A program made the translations under genes and the position numbers. A stretch of DNA of 64,000 nt from Candidatus Latescibacterota bacterium (GTDB lineage: Bacteria > Latescibacterota > UBA2968 > UBA8231), in contig CBDFJF010000002.1 in assembly GCA_965248265.1 (NCBI GenBank), forward strand, positions 2,336,001 to 2,400,000, given 5' to 3'. The notes beneath the pieces were generated by a model that did not search any database, was not told the DNA's origin, and saw only the letters and a program-made list of their open reading frames with translations. Position 1 is the stretch's first letter. The number at the start of each line of letters is the position of its first letter. Shown one piece after another: positions 1 through 10,680 of this stretch.

Positions 1-251
1 ACGTGCGGGCCCAGCAGCGATTCGGCAATACCCATCATGCGCTCGTCGGCCAGGTACGCGGCCATGGACTGATCGAAGGCTATCAGACCTTTTCGCGTTT
101 TGGCGCCCTGGATCAACGTGGTACGCCCTTCGGACTCTACCGTTGCCTCGACGCTACGGCGCACGTCGCCGACCTCGGCGGCCGGGATAACGCCGTCGAG
201 GACGCAAAAGCCGTCGATCTTCAGGTGCAACAAGGCCTGGTCAATGGACAC
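1..251 (-). CDS. Phytanoyl-CoA dioxygenase (PhyH) family protein, N-terminal part (runs off window edge)
   Basis: Manual translation of the minus strand from GTG at 251 (GGGGAG upstream) gives MSIDQALLHLKIDGFCVLDGVIPAAEV...YLADERMMGIAESLLGPHV, a typical PhyH N-terminus (DG[FY]xVLxxV). The + strand ORF 3..275 is its shadow. Confidence 0.75.
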   Translation of the reverse strand, partial: MSIDQALLHLKIDGFCVLDGVIPAAEVGDVRRSVEATVESEGRTTLIQGAKTRKGLIAFDQSMAAYLADERMMGIAESLLGPH

Positions 252-464
252 GTCTTACTCCCCTGGAACCGGTGACTGAACATGTTCCCACAAGCTGTCC
301 TGTGCGCGGTTTATTGTCAACGACAGGCCGACGGTGTGCGATCAGATCGCCTGATGTCTCTACAATCGCGGACGCAGTATATTTGCCGACTGCTATCGAT
401 CGGTGAATACATGACGTGCGCCCGATGAACTACCGACGCATTCCTCAACCGGGGTATAGGAGCT

Positions 465-2090
465 ATGCAAGAGACCGCCGAACGAACAGCCTATCAGGTA
501 GCCTCCAGTCTGAAAAGCAACGGTGTGCCCTACCTGTTTGGCATACCGGGAGGCGGCAGTTCCATCGACCTGATCGAAGCATGCCACGGGGAGGACATCC
601 CCTTCGTGTTGGTGCAACACGAGACGACCGCCGCGATGATGGCTGTCGTCGTCGGCGAGCTGACCGACACGTGCGGCGCCTGCATCTCGATCATGGGACC
701 CGGAGCGACCAACCTCGCCAGCGGCGCTATCTACGCGCAGCTGGAGCGTCACCCGCTACTCTGTTTCACAGAGACCTACGGGCCGGCGGAAGGGCCGCTC
801 ACGTCGATGCAGAACATCGACCATCCTCACATGTTTGGTCCACTCAGCAAAGCTTCCATCTGTATCACCGCCAGCGATCCGGCGCGTCAGATTGACCGTG
901 CGGTTCAGGTCGCCACCGCGGAGAGGCCGGGCGCCGTTCACATTGATCTGCCGATCAAGCCAGGATCGGGCGACTCCTTTCAAACTGGCGCCGCAACCGA
1001 ACCGGACCAACCCGCGGTTGTCGGCGATCTGGAGGCCATTGCCGGGGCGATCGACAGGGCGGAAAAACCGCTCCTGGTCGCAGGTCCTGTTGTGTTTCGG
1101 CAGGGCGCGAATGACAATCTGCTGTCGCTGGCAGAGCGTTTGCAGAGCGCCGTCGTCGTCACCTCCAAGGCGAGAGGCGTCATCCCCGAAGACCATCCCC
1201 TGTACGCGGGCGTTCTGTGCGGCGTGTATGCCGAGGATACGCTCGAGGCCGACTTGATAACCAGAAGCGATCTCGTCGTCGCGATCGGGTTGGACCGCAC
1301 CGAACTTCTCAGCCCATGGAAGCACCGCCAGCCGCTCATCTGTGTCGACGCCATCCCCATTGCCGACGACCAAACTGTCGGTGAACCGTCACTCACGGCA
1401 ACAGGTGAACTGCCCCAACTACTCGACGCGCTGACCGGGCAGGTCCGGGCGCGAGACACATGGACCGGGGTGGAAATCGAAGACTACTGGACCGACGCCA
1501 TGCACCGGCTCGGTGCCAACAGCGCTCAGCTGAACGCCACCAACGTCCTCGTACGAGCGCGCCAGATGGCGCCGCGCGATGCGATCCTGACCACGGATGC
1601 GGGTGTCTACGGCAGGGTGAACCTGTACGCCTGGAAAGTCTACGACCCGTCGACCTGCTTCGATTCCTGTGGGACGAATACGATGGGGTTCTCGATTCCG
1701 GCCGGCCTTGCCGGGTCGCTGGTCAGGCCGGGGCAGAAGACGATTTCCCTCGTGGGCGATGCCGGGTTTCTCATGCGCTGTGGTGAGTTGGAAACCGCCG
1801 TCCGTTTGAAGCTGACCCCCGTCATCGTCATCTTCAACGACGCCACCCTCGGCATGATCCGCATCAAACAACAGCAGAAGGAGTACAGCAGGGAGGGCGT
1901 CGACCTCGCCCAGACTGACTTCGCGCGCCTGGCGGCAAGCTTCGGAGCAGTCGGGTCAGAGGTCCATACGTTGGGGGAATTTGAAACGGCTTTCGGTGTG
2001 GCCCTGCAGTCCGACCGCCTGCACGTGATCGACGTGCGTGTAGATCCCGACGTCTATGCCGGCCACATTGGCCCCATACGAGGGTCGTAG
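465..2090 (+). CDS. Thiamine-diphosphate-dependent enzyme (acetolactate synthase large subunit-like)
   Basis: FGIPGG, HETTAA (catalytic Glu), GPGATN, PGAVHIDLP, ThDP motif GDAGFLM...FND; RBS AGGAG. Confidence 0.9.
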   Translation: MQETAERTAYQVASSLKSNGVPYLFGIPGGGSSIDLIEACHGEDIPFVLVQHETTAAMMAVVVGELTDTCGACISIMGPGATNLASGAIYAQLERHPLLCFTETYGPAEGPLTSMQNIDHPHMFGPLSKASICITASDPARQIDRAVQVATAERPGAVHIDLPIKPGSGDSFQTGAATEPDQPAVVGDLEAIAGAIDRAEKPLLVAGPVVFRQGANDNLLSLAERLQSAVVVTSKARGVIPEDHPLYAGVLCGVYAEDTLEADLITRSDLVVAIGLDRTELLSPWKHRQPLICVDAIPIADDQTVGEPSLTATGELPQLLDALTGQVRARDTWTGVEIEDYWTDAMHRLGANSAQLNATNVLVRARQMAPRDAILTTDAGVYGRVNLYAWKVYDPSTCFDSCGTNTMGFSIPAGLAGSLVRPGQKTISLVGDAGFLMRCGELETAVRLKLTPVIVIFNDATLGMIRIKQQQKEYSREGVDLAQTDFARLAASFGAVGSEVHTLGEFETAFGVALQSDRLHVIDVRVDPDVYAGHIGPIRGS

Positions 2091-2104
2091 GCAGCGCAGG
2101 AGTT

Positions 2105-4807
2105 ATGCCAACCTGGACCACCAGCGGCTTTGAAGGCTTCCGTGCCGGCACGTTCGCCAACGCGGGTCACAACCTCTACGTCTCCCGCGCCGGCATCCTC
2201 CAGCGCATCCACCACTTTGACCTCGATCAGAACGGCCATTTCGACCTCGTCATCTGCAACAGTCAGGCGCATTACGAGATGCCGCCGGCAGGTGTCTACC
2301 GGGATCCGTTCGGCCGTTGTGAGTACCTGGAGCTCCCCGGTGATGGCGCGCGCTCGGGTGCGGTCCTCGACCTGAATGGCGACGGCTTCGACGACCTCGT
2401 GCTGGGCAATCACTACAACGGCGTCGACAAGTTCATGAACGCCACCATCTACTACGGCAGCCCCGACGGTTGGAGCGAACGCAGAATCCAGCGCCTTCCA
2501 GCTCCCCGTTGCACCTCCGTCGCCGCCGGCGATTTCAACGGCGATGGACGTCCCGACCTCGCCTTCCTGTGCGCTGATGACTTCTCACCCATCGCCGGAC
2601 GCAAGGTCCGAGTGTTCTACCAGTCCGAGCTGGGATTCGAGTCCAGGCGCTACGTCGACCTCGAGATCGACGCCGACCAGATCGGTGCGGGAGACCTGGA
2701 TGGGGATGGGATGGCCGAGCTGCTGGTGCGCTCGGGCGACGGTGAAATCTCCGTCTACTGGGGTGCTCCCGAGGGGGCCGACACCTCGCGCTGCACGGTG
2801 CTTCCCGTGGCCGGGGAGCAGGCCACAGAGGCCGTCAGCGACCTCGACAGGGCCTCGAACGAGTACATCCAGGATGCCAAACCGCTGATCCAGGTGATCT
2901 GGCTCAATGGACAACCCCACATATTCGCAGCCCTCGCTGACAGCGCCCTGCTGGTACCGGTGACCGAGAACCGCCAGTTCGGTGATCCCCTCACCTTCGC
3001 CTGCGCCCATCCACTGGCCGTTGCTCTCGGTGATGTCAACGCCAACGGCCATCAGGACCTCGTGTTCGCATGCCGTGAGCCCACCGCGGATGCTGAGCAG
3101 GAACGGTCCTGGATCTATTGGGGAGATCGCACTGGGTACAGTGAAGACCGCCGCACCGCCCTGCCCACCTATCGCGCTTGTGACGTCGCGCTCGGCGATG
3201 TCAATGGAGATGGGTGCGATGATATCGTCATCTGTCACGGGCACTCAGCCGACTGGAACACCCGGGAGTCTCTCCTGTTCAAAGGCGGTCCTGATGTCAG
3301 AAACAGTATCGGCCTGACCAGCCACGATGGACGCCGCGTCTTCGTCGCGCGTCCCAGGGGGGAGGGCAATCCCGACGTCGTCTTCGTCAACCATCAGGGC
3401 CGGCAGAAGACGGAGGCCGTCGAGATCTCCATTTACCCCGGCGAAGCCGATGGTTTTTCAGACACGAGACGGCAGGACCTACCCGGGTTTGGTGGTGTCT
3501 GTGCGCTGTGCTGCGATGTCGACGACGACGGGCGCGCCGATCTCGTCCTTGTCAATTCCGCTCACAACACCCCCTCGCGCGATCCCGGCTCCTACATCTT
3601 TCACAACGACAATGGCTATAGCGCGCCACCCAAATGGATCCTGCCCACCAATCTGCCCCACGGGGCCTGCTGTGCCGACTTCGACCGCGACGGCTATCTG
3701 GATCTCGTTTTCGGCTGCACGACGAAAGCCGAAGTCCAGATCTTCCACGGCGGTCCCGACGGATTCGAGCCCGAGCCCGAGCGCGTCCGATTGAATGAAG
3801 AATACACCTGCTCGCTGTTCATCTATGCGGCCGACCTGAACAACGACGGTTGGCTCGACCTCGTCCTCCCTCAGAGCAAAAACGATCGCAGCCTGATCCT
3901 GTGGGGCGGACCCGAAGGGTTCAGCGGAGAGCGATGTCAACCTCTCTCGGTATGGAAAGCTATCTGCGCCCGTGCCGCCGACCTGACCGGCAACGGCTAC
4001 CTCGATCTGATCCTCGGCAATGCGCCACCTTCGATCGGTGCGCCGCACGATTGCTTCGTCCACATCTACTGGAATGGTCCCGATGGGCTGCGCGAAGACA
4101 ACCGCACGTTGTTACCTGGCAACGGTGTCGACTCGGTCGCCGTGGGCGATTTCGACAACGACGGTCTTCTCGATCTCTTCGTCCCGTCCTATTCCGACAG
4201 CAAGAACCGGGATCTCGATTCGTTGATATACTGGAACCGCCCCGGTCGTGGCTTTTGTGCCGCCGATCGGACCCGCCTGTTCACCCACGCGCCCGCCGGG
4301 AGTGTTGCCGCCGACTTCAACGAAGACGGCTGGATCGACCTGGTGATCGGCAATCACAAGATCGAAGGCGATCACGTCGGCTGGTCGGCTGTCTGGTGGA
4401 ACGGCCCGGACGGCTTCTCGGAGGACAACATCACGCGCCTTCCCTCGGCCGGTCCCCACGGGTTGTTCTGCGTTGATCCGGGTAACATCGTCGACCGCGG
4501 CGACGACGAGCACTACACATCGGCCCCCTCTCAGCTTCCCGGCATCACGCGTGTCACCCAGTTATCGTGGGATGCCCAGATGCAGCCGAAGACGTGGGTG
4601 AAGGCGCAGATCAGATCGGCTTCGAGCAGAGATGCGCTCAGCCAGGCAACCTGGCTCGGCCCTGATGGCGCAGCGTCCTGGTTTGAGGAGACCATGCCCG
4701 TAAACGTGGCAGTGGCAGGGGAGTGGCTTCAGTTTCGCCTGGTGTTGGGAGCGCTCAACAGCGGCTGCAGCCCGCGCGTACGCGCCGTCCACGTCGAATG
4801 GGAGTGA
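2105..4807 (+). CDS. FG-GAP/VCBS repeat beta-propeller protein without signal peptide
   Basis: More than 10 DxNxDGxxDL repeats; starts 14 bp after the ThDP gene with RBS GGAG; no hydrophobic N-terminus. Confidence 0.85.
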   Translation: MPTWTTSGFEGFRAGTFANAGHNLYVSRAGILQRIHHFDLDQNGHFDLVICNSQAHYEMPPAGVYRDPFGRCEYLELPGDGARSGAVLDLNGDGFDDLVLGNHYNGVDKFMNATIYYGSPDGWSERRIQRLPAPRCTSVAAGDFNGDGRPDLAFLCADDFSPIAGRKVRVFYQSELGFESRRYVDLEIDADQIGAGDLDGDGMAELLVRSGDGEISVYWGAPEGADTSRCTVLPVAGEQATEAVSDLDRASNEYIQDAKPLIQVIWLNGQPHIFAALADSALLVPVTENRQFGDPLTFACAHPLAVALGDVNANGHQDLVFACREPTADAEQERSWIYWGDRTGYSEDRRTALPTYRACDVALGDVNGDGCDDIVICHGHSADWNTRESLLFKGGPDVRNSIGLTSHDGRRVFVARPRGEGNPDVVFVNHQGRQKTEAVEISIYPGEADGFSDTRRQDLPGFGGVCALCCDVDDDGRADLVLVNSAHNTPSRDPGSYIFHNDNGYSAPPKWILPTNLPHGACCADFDRDGYLDLVFGCTTKAEVQIFHGGPDGFEPEPERVRLNEEYTCSLFIYAADLNNDGWLDLVLPQSKNDRSLILWGGPEGFSGERCQPLSVWKAICARAADLTGNGYLDLILGNAPPSIGAPHDCFVHIYWNGPDGLREDNRTLLPGNGVDSVAVGDFDNDGLLDLFVPSYSDSKNRDLDSLIYWNRPGRGFCAADRTRLFTHAPAGSVAADFNEDGWIDLVIGNHKIEGDHVGWSAVWWNGPDGFSEDNITRLPSAGPHGLFCVDPGNIVDRGDDEHYTSAPSQLPGITRVTQLSWDAQMQPKTWVKAQIRSASSRDALSQATWLGPDGAASWFEETMPVNVAVAGEWLQFRLVLGALNSGCSPRVRAVHVEWE

Positions 4808-4822
4808 TAGGCGGACTTGCTG

Positions 4823-6412
4823 TCACGCCTGATCGCGACGGTACAGGATACTGAACTCGACATTGCCGATGGTCAGCGGCACCCGGATTCGGGGATCGCG
4901 ATTTGCCAACACGACGCTGATCTCGTGCTCGCCTTTGGCGGCCTGTGCATGCTCCAGGTCCCAGACCAGCCAGCTGTTCTCGTCGACATCCGCGGGGTTG
5001 CCGTCGTCCTCCGCGGCCGCATTGCGAATCGCCGGAGCCGGCAGCGCTACGCCATCCAGCGTTACTACCACCTCGTCGACGGCAGGCGAAAAATGCTCCA
5101 TCTCGATCAGTAATTGGATGCCGGCCAGATTGCCTGCCTCAGCGACAATATCGTCATGAATGGGGATATGGAACGTCGGTCCTTCCCCCGTTAAGCTGCG
5201 GAACAACGTCACCGGAACCTCGCCGTTGATGCGGTCGTCCCGGTCGCAATCCTCGCGCAGGGGGCTGTTGGCGATGTCGCGGTGGAGTGCAGTATAGGAC
5301 TTGTCCTCGTGGCGCAGGGTCTCCTTCGTGCCGATCGTCGTCAGTGACCGGCGGCGCGTCGTTTCGTTGGCGTGCCAGTTGAACACGTAGGCACCGTCTG
5401 CTCCTCGATCGAGGTGGCTCTGCGACATGGCCGCGAACCATCGGTCACGCCACTCGTTGCCCGACACCAGCCGCCTGGTTTGCTGGCGGCCATCGGAGTC
5501 GTACCCCGGGTAAACGCGGATATTCGTGCCGTGTGCGAGCTCCAGGAACTGTGCAGTCTCAAAACACGCGTCGGTACCTGAATTGCCTCCCCCGATGACG
5601 ATGTCGCACAACCCGGTGCCCATCCAGACCGGTATATCGTAGCCTATGCGGCGACAGGACTCGAGCGTTGTCGCGACGCGCACGGCGACGTGGAATGGCT
5701 TGCCTCGTTCCTCGGAGAGGCGGTCCGTCATCTGGCGAATGGCCGCCTGCAGGTCGGTGATGGTGTAGCGCAGGCGATATTCGTGGTTGGCCGGCAAGTG
5801 AAAGGCGTGGCGCTGCCAGTCGAGCTCGACACCGTCCCAGTCTGCAACGCGGCACGCTTCTTCGATGAACTGCAGTTTGTGCTTCCGAACTTCGGGAATG
5901 GCCATGTTCCACGACGTCGTGCACCAGTTGGGGGCATCGTCGCCCAGACACCACTCTGGGTGCTGCTTGCGCAGGTCGGTGAGGCCGTTGGTGACGGTCT
6001 TCTGCATGGTTTCGAGGTCCTGGATTCTCCAGAAATGCTGGTCGTTCATGCGGATGGAAGCCCAGACATCGATATCGCGCTCGTGTCCGTACGATACCAT
6101 GGCCTCGTAGGGGTTCTCCCCACGCTCGAACATGGCGCGGATGCCCTCCACCCGGCGCAGCTCGGCCACGCTGTTGTAGACGCGGTCGGTCGCGTCACCG
6201 ATCATGCCCAGCGCTTCGGATGGCCACGTGGCCTCGTGTTCGCCCAGCGACCAGAACAGGGCGTCGACCTGAGTACCGGTCAGGGGCGCGAAGGTTTTCT
6301 CGAGAAACTGCTCCACCGGCTGCGGGTACTCTGAGTACATGTGCGGCGCCCCATCCCAGTTATAGATGATGCGGTATTGAGGGGGTGCCGGTCGGTCCTG
6401 CGCAGTGGCCAT
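4823..6412 (-). CDS. Glycoside hydrolase-like TIM-barrel protein (GHL10/'family 10 glycosylhydrolase'-like)
   Basis: IIYNWDG, SIRMNDQH, DGVELDW motifs plus a C-terminal beta-sandwich; paralog of the upstream neighbour. Confidence 0.75.
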   Translation of the reverse strand: MATAQDRPAPPQYRIIYNWDGAPHMYSEYPQPVEQFLEKTFAPLTGTQVDALFWSLGEHEATWPSEALGMIGDATDRVYNSVAELRRVEGIRAMFERGENPYEAMVSYGHERDIDVWASIRMNDQHFWRIQDLETMQKTVTNGLTDLRKQHPEWCLGDDAPNWCTTSWNMAIPEVRKHKLQFIEEACRVADWDGVELDWQRHAFHLPANHEYRLRYTITDLQAAIRQMTDRLSEERGKPFHVAVRVATTLESCRRIGYDIPVWMGTGLCDIVIGGGNSGTDACFETAQFLELAHGTNIRVYPGYDSDGRQQTRRLVSGNEWRDRWFAAMSQSHLDRGADGAYVFNWHANETTRRRSLTTIGTKETLRHEDKSYTALHRDIANSPLREDCDRDDRINGEVPVTLFRSLTGEGPTFHIPIHDDIVAEAGNLAGIQLLIEMEHFSPAVDEVVVTLDGVALPAPAIRNAAAEDDGNPADVDENSWLVWDLEHAQAAKGEHEISVVLANRDPRIRVPLTIGNVEFSILYRRDQA

Positions 6413-6426
6413 GGAGGGACGCTCCT

Positions 6427-8031
6427 TCAGGAGTAGTTGATGTGAATCTCTACGTTGTCGACGACGATCGGCACGCGGATTCGCGGATCGCGCTCGAGCA
6501 GGACCACTTCGATCTCGTGTTTTCCGCGCGCGGCCTGTTCAGCTCGCAGGGCCCAGACCAACCAGGTGTTCTCGGTGACGTCGCTGGGGTCGGTAGGATT
6601 GAGCGCGGCTGGCGACACCGCCTTCCTCGCGGTCAGCTCCTCGCCATCAAGGTTCACCTGCACACGATCCAACGGCGCCAGGTGGTTCAGATCGATCTGG
6701 AACTCGATACTGGCCAGCGAATCGGCATCGGCCGCGGCGACGACGTCGTCATAGACGCTGACGCTGAGGGTCGGACCAATCCCAGTGATTGTTCTGTGCA
6801 ACTCGACCGGCACCTCACCCAGGAGCCGGTCATCGCGCTCTGCCCCATAGCGGATCTCGGACTTGTCGCGGATATGGCGTTTGACGGAGGCGTACACCTT
6901 GCTGCACCTCTCCAGAGTAGCTGGTGAACCCAGGGTCTCCAGCAGCGGCCTTAGCGCCATGGCCTGGCGCTGCCAGTTGAAGAGGTGAACCCCCGAGGCG
7001 CCCCGGGCGTAGTAGCCTTGAGCCAATCCTCGGAACCACCCTTCCCGCCACCGCGGTGCCGGAACGAGATGGTCGCTGCCGAACTCACCGTGGCTGTCGT
7101 ACCCGGGATACAACTGCACGTTCGTACCCTCCATCATCGCCACGTACTCCTCGACCTCGACGCCGGGGTCATTGCCCGAGTTAGCATTGGTGGCGACGAT
7201 GTCGCAGAGCCCCTCCGATATCCAAGTCTCCACGTCGTAGCCGATGCGCCGGTTGGTCTCGCGGGAGGCGCCGACCCGTACTGCCAGATAGAAGGGTCGG
7301 CCGCGTTTGTCGGCGTACTCGTCGGTTACGGTGCGGACGGCGCGCATGAAGTCGGTAAGCGTGTAGCGCAGGCGATAGGCGTCGTGCTCGGGCAAATGGA
7401 ACGCGTGCCGCTGCCAGTCGATCTCGATGCCGTCCCAGTCGGCCTGAGCGCAGGCCTCGCGGATGCGAATCAGGGAGTGCTCCCGCACTTCCGGGATCGC
7501 CATGTTCCACGATGTGACCGCCCACCGTGGCGCATTGCCGATGCCGAGCACCCATTCGGGATGGTCCTTGCGAAACTGAGTCAGGTGCGGTCTGGTCGTC
7601 TGTGCCATCTCCTCCGGAGCGAGGGGAAACGCCTTGCGTGCCTTGTCGGACCAAAAATGGTTGTCGTTCATGCGTATGGAGACGAAGACATCCATCCCGA
7701 GCTCGTGGCCGCGTCGCACCATCCTGCCGTAAAGATCGTCGCCGCGTTCGAACATGGCGCGAACACCTTCAGAGCGACGCATTCCCTTGACCGACGAGTA
7801 CCAGCGCCCCTCGGCGTCGCCGTCCATCGACAACTGCTCGGACGGCCAGCGCGCCTCGTCGGTGCCCACACACCAGAACATGGCGCCCACCTGGGTCGCC
7901 TCGAGCGGACCATAGACTTTGCCGAGCAAGTCGTCGACCTGCTGCGGGTACTCCGACAGCCCGTGGAAAGTGCCGTCGTGGTTGAAGATGATTCCGTAGT
8001 CTGGAGGAGCTGGGCGTGACGAGGCATCCAT
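6427..8031 (-). CDS. Glycoside hydrolase-like TIM-barrel protein (GHL10-like), tandem paralog
   Basis: IIFNHDG, SIRMNDNH, DGIEIDWQRHAFHLP shared with 4823..6412. Likely start MDASSRPAPP (AGGA upstream) rather than 8124. Confidence 0.75.
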   Translation of the reverse strand: MDASSRPAPPDYGIIFNHDGTFHGLSEYPQQVDDLLGKVYGPLEATQVGAMFWCVGTDEARWPSEQLSMDGDAEGRWYSSVKGMRRSEGVRAMFERGDDLYGRMVRRGHELGMDVFVSIRMNDNHFWSDKARKAFPLAPEEMAQTTRPHLTQFRKDHPEWVLGIGNAPRWAVTSWNMAIPEVREHSLIRIREACAQADWDGIEIDWQRHAFHLPEHDAYRLRYTLTDFMRAVRTVTDEYADKRGRPFYLAVRVGASRETNRRIGYDVETWISEGLCDIVATNANSGNDPGVEVEEYVAMMEGTNVQLYPGYDSHGEFGSDHLVPAPRWREGWFRGLAQGYYARGASGVHLFNWQRQAMALRPLLETLGSPATLERCSKVYASVKRHIRDKSEIRYGAERDDRLLGEVPVELHRTITGIGPTLSVSVYDDVVAAADADSLASIEFQIDLNHLAPLDRVQVNLDGEELTARKAVSPAALNPTDPSDVTENTWLVWALRAEQAARGKHEIEVVLLERDPRIRVPIVVDNVEIHINYS

Positions 8032-8163
8032 GGCGTTGTTGTCCTTCCTATCGGGCTGCTGGGTGACACGCATGATATGGTCTATTTGGGGACCGAGGGC
8101 AACGGACCGCCGACTGATTGACAACCCTTGCGGTCAGGTGTATGGTGGCCGTGGGAGAGCGCT

Positions 8164-9423
8164 ATGAAAATAACGGACATCGAAACTATTCCCATATACC
8201 CCACGCTGGCGAAGCGGTATGACAATCCGGCGGGCCGCTCGCGTATGGGCGGTATCGACAGCCGCATGGTGTTCAAGGTTCACACCGATGTCGGCATTAT
8301 CGGCTATGGTGACTTCGACTGGCCGGGTCCGCCCCCGCCCAAGTCGACGTTCGAGCACCTGATCGATCGCAGTCCGTTCGACTTCATGGTGAATGGTTTC
8401 AACCTCGGCATCGGCTCGGCGCTGTACGACGCCATGGGTAAGTACCTCGAGGTGCCGGTGTACAAGCTGCTCGGCCAGAAGGTGCGCGACGCGATGACAG
8501 TCGCCGCCTGGACGAGGCCCTGCTCCGCCGACGTGTTCGCCCAGGAGGTCCAGCGCTCGGCAGACGAGGGCTACAAGGTCTTCAAAATGCACACGAACCC
8601 CGCGTACGACCCGCTCCAGCAGGCGGCGGCCGCGGAGGTTCTCGACCTGCCGGATGGATTCCAGATTCACTTTGATTTCAACGGCGGTGGGCGCACGGTG
8701 GCCGCGGTGAAGTCACTTGTAGCCAGGATCGAACGAGACCATCCGATCGTAGGCTATATCGAAGACCCGCTGCCAAAATACGACATCGATGGGTGGCGAG
8801 AGCTCCGCAGCCATACCAGCCTCACAGTCGTTCACCACTGCGGCTTTCCCGCGCTGGGCGGGTACCAGGAAGTCGCAAACGGTATGGCCGACGCATACAT
8901 GATGGGTAACTCATTAGCGGATATTATGAATCGGGGCAGGATCGCGGCGGGGGCCAACGCCCAGGTTATTCTCCAGCTGACCGGCGGCACACTGATGAAG
9001 GCGATGACGCTACACCTCGCCGCCGTCCTCCCTACAGCCAGCGGTCACTCGATCAACCTCGACGACCAGTACGAAGAAGACATCACGGTGGAGCGGATCG
9101 CCGTGTCCGAGGGATTCTCCCGCGTACCAGAGGCGCCGGGACTCGGCATTGAGGTCGATGAGGGGATGATTGCGAAGGTCGCATCGAACACGCAGAACAT
9201 CGAGACCCGTCCCAGGGTCGTCGGTGTATTGAAGCTGCCGGGCGGCACGACGCTCCACACGCCACGCAACCCGAACCCGCGCATCATCACGGGCAAGGAG
9301 GAAGGCACGATTCGCGGCATCGACTTCCACCGTTGGGAGGACGACGGCTCGCCCGAATTCGAGGCCGCCTTTCAGAGGATGAAAGCGGAGTGGGAGGCGA
9401 AGGGCGTGACTGTGACGGACTAG
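8164..9423 (+). CDS. Enolase superfamily (mandelate racemase/muconate lactonizing-like) enzyme
   Basis: MKITDIE N-terminus, ALYDAMGKYLEVPVYKLLG, DFN/EDP metal ligands, PEAPGLGIEVD; start after GGGAGAG. Confidence 0.85.
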   Translation: MKITDIETIPIYPTLAKRYDNPAGRSRMGGIDSRMVFKVHTDVGIIGYGDFDWPGPPPPKSTFEHLIDRSPFDFMVNGFNLGIGSALYDAMGKYLEVPVYKLLGQKVRDAMTVAAWTRPCSADVFAQEVQRSADEGYKVFKMHTNPAYDPLQQAAAAEVLDLPDGFQIHFDFNGGGRTVAAVKSLVARIERDHPIVGYIEDPLPKYDIDGWRELRSHTSLTVVHHCGFPALGGYQEVANGMADAYMMGNSLADIMNRGRIAAGANAQVILQLTGGTLMKAMTLHLAAVLPTASGHSINLDDQYEEDITVERIAVSEGFSRVPEAPGLGIEVDEGMIAKVASNTQNIETRPRVVGVLKLPGGTTLHTPRNPNPRIITGKEEGTIRGIDFHRWEDDGSPEFEAAFQRMKAEWEAKGVTVTD

Positions 9424-10572
9424 TCACTCGCGCACGTGGATCTTCATTGCCTCGCGGTACCACTCCGCTCCGTGGACGTCCTTCTTGTAGTGCCAGCGCC
9501 CTCGTTGAGGGTACATCTCGATGGAGCGATCCTCGATGGGCAGTTTGACCGGAACACTACCCTTGCGGGCGGATTCCCGCAGCGCCACGGCGATCTCCAG
9601 CGAGTGACGCAGGTCGTCGCCGGTCGTCAACTCGGGCGGCTTGCCGGTATCCATCGCCTCCACCAGGGTATCGATGCTCAGCATCAGTATCTCACCCGGC
9701 TTGCGCCAGCCCTCCTCGTCGTACTCTTGCCCACCGGGCGGTCGGGGCGCGAATACGCCCTCGACCTGCGTCAGCTCCCAGCTCTTTTTGGGATCCACAC
9801 CGTCCGCCACTTTCCACATCTGGATCCCCAGGCCGGTATTGTTGGAGTTGAACATCAGACCGCGCGTGCCGACGACCTCTATTCCGCGGAACCCCGGACC
9901 GGTATAGGTGCTGAAACACTCGATCCCGTTTTTGAACTTGAGGTAACCACCGACCTTCCCATAACCCGGTTTGCCGTCACCAAAGTCGTCCTCCTGCGTT
10001 GCGTGCGGGTCACCTTCGACGAAGCCGATGACGAAATCGACCTCTGATTTGTTGGCGAACTTGCGGATCAGGTTGAGACCGTGGGTGCCGACCTGGCCAT
10101 TGGGATCGGTCAGGTTGATCCGCAGTACCTCGCCGATGGCGCCCTCGGCCGCGAGTCGGTAGGCCTTGGTGTAGTCGGGATGGCTGGACACGACCAGGCC
10201 GGCGGCGAAGGGAATCCCGCGCGAAGTGCACGCCTCCACCATGCGGTCGGCATCGACGAGGCTGCCGGCAAGGGGTTTCTCCGAGAACACGGCCTTGACG
10301 CCCGCTTCCGCCGATGTGATCACGGCGCCAGGGTTCGCCTTGACGGGCAGCACAGGTGCCGAGATGTCCAGATCCTCCTTGTCCAGCATCTCATGGTAGT
10401 CCGAGTAGCCACGAACCTCGAAGCGCTTGCAGAACAACTCCAGGTTCTCGGCGTCGTTGTCGGCCACCGCGACGAGTTCAGTGCGCGGATGCAGGTGATA
10501 AGCCCTGGCGTGGATGGTCCCCTGCCGCCCCCCGCCAATGACACCGACTCGATAGATGGGCTGGTCAGTCAT
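9424..10572 (-). CDS. Gfo/Idh/MocA family NAD(P)-dependent oxidoreductase
   Basis: VGVIGGGRQG Rossmann motif, EKP motif. Confidence 0.88.
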   Translation of the reverse strand: MTDQPIYRVGVIGGGRQGTIHARAYHLHPRTELVAVADNDAENLELFCKRFEVRGYSDYHEMLDKEDLDISAPVLPVKANPGAVITSAEAGVKAVFSEKPLAGSLVDADRMVEACTSRGIPFAAGLVVSSHPDYTKAYRLAAEGAIGEVLRINLTDPNGQVGTHGLNLIRKFANKSEVDFVIGFVEGDPHATQEDDFGDGKPGYGKVGGYLKFKNGIECFSTYTGPGFRGIEVVGTRGLMFNSNNTGLGIQMWKVADGVDPKKSWELTQVEGVFAPRPPGGQEYDEEGWRKPGEILMLSIDTLVEAMDTGKPPELTTGDDLRHSLEIAVALRESARKGSVPVKLPIEDRSIEMYPQRGRWHYKKDVHGAEWYREAMKIHVRE

Positions 10573-10680
10573 AGTCGCTCCTTGGTCACGACATTCGGTG
10601 ACGACTGCTCTTTCCGTGCGGCTCGCAACTACAAGGGAGAATTATCGATACTCTGTCAAGCCCGCCCGCCTCCATCTTGG

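Noticed and set aside
3-275. + strand 90-aa ORF
   Set aside because: Antisense shadow of the PhyH gene on the minus strand.
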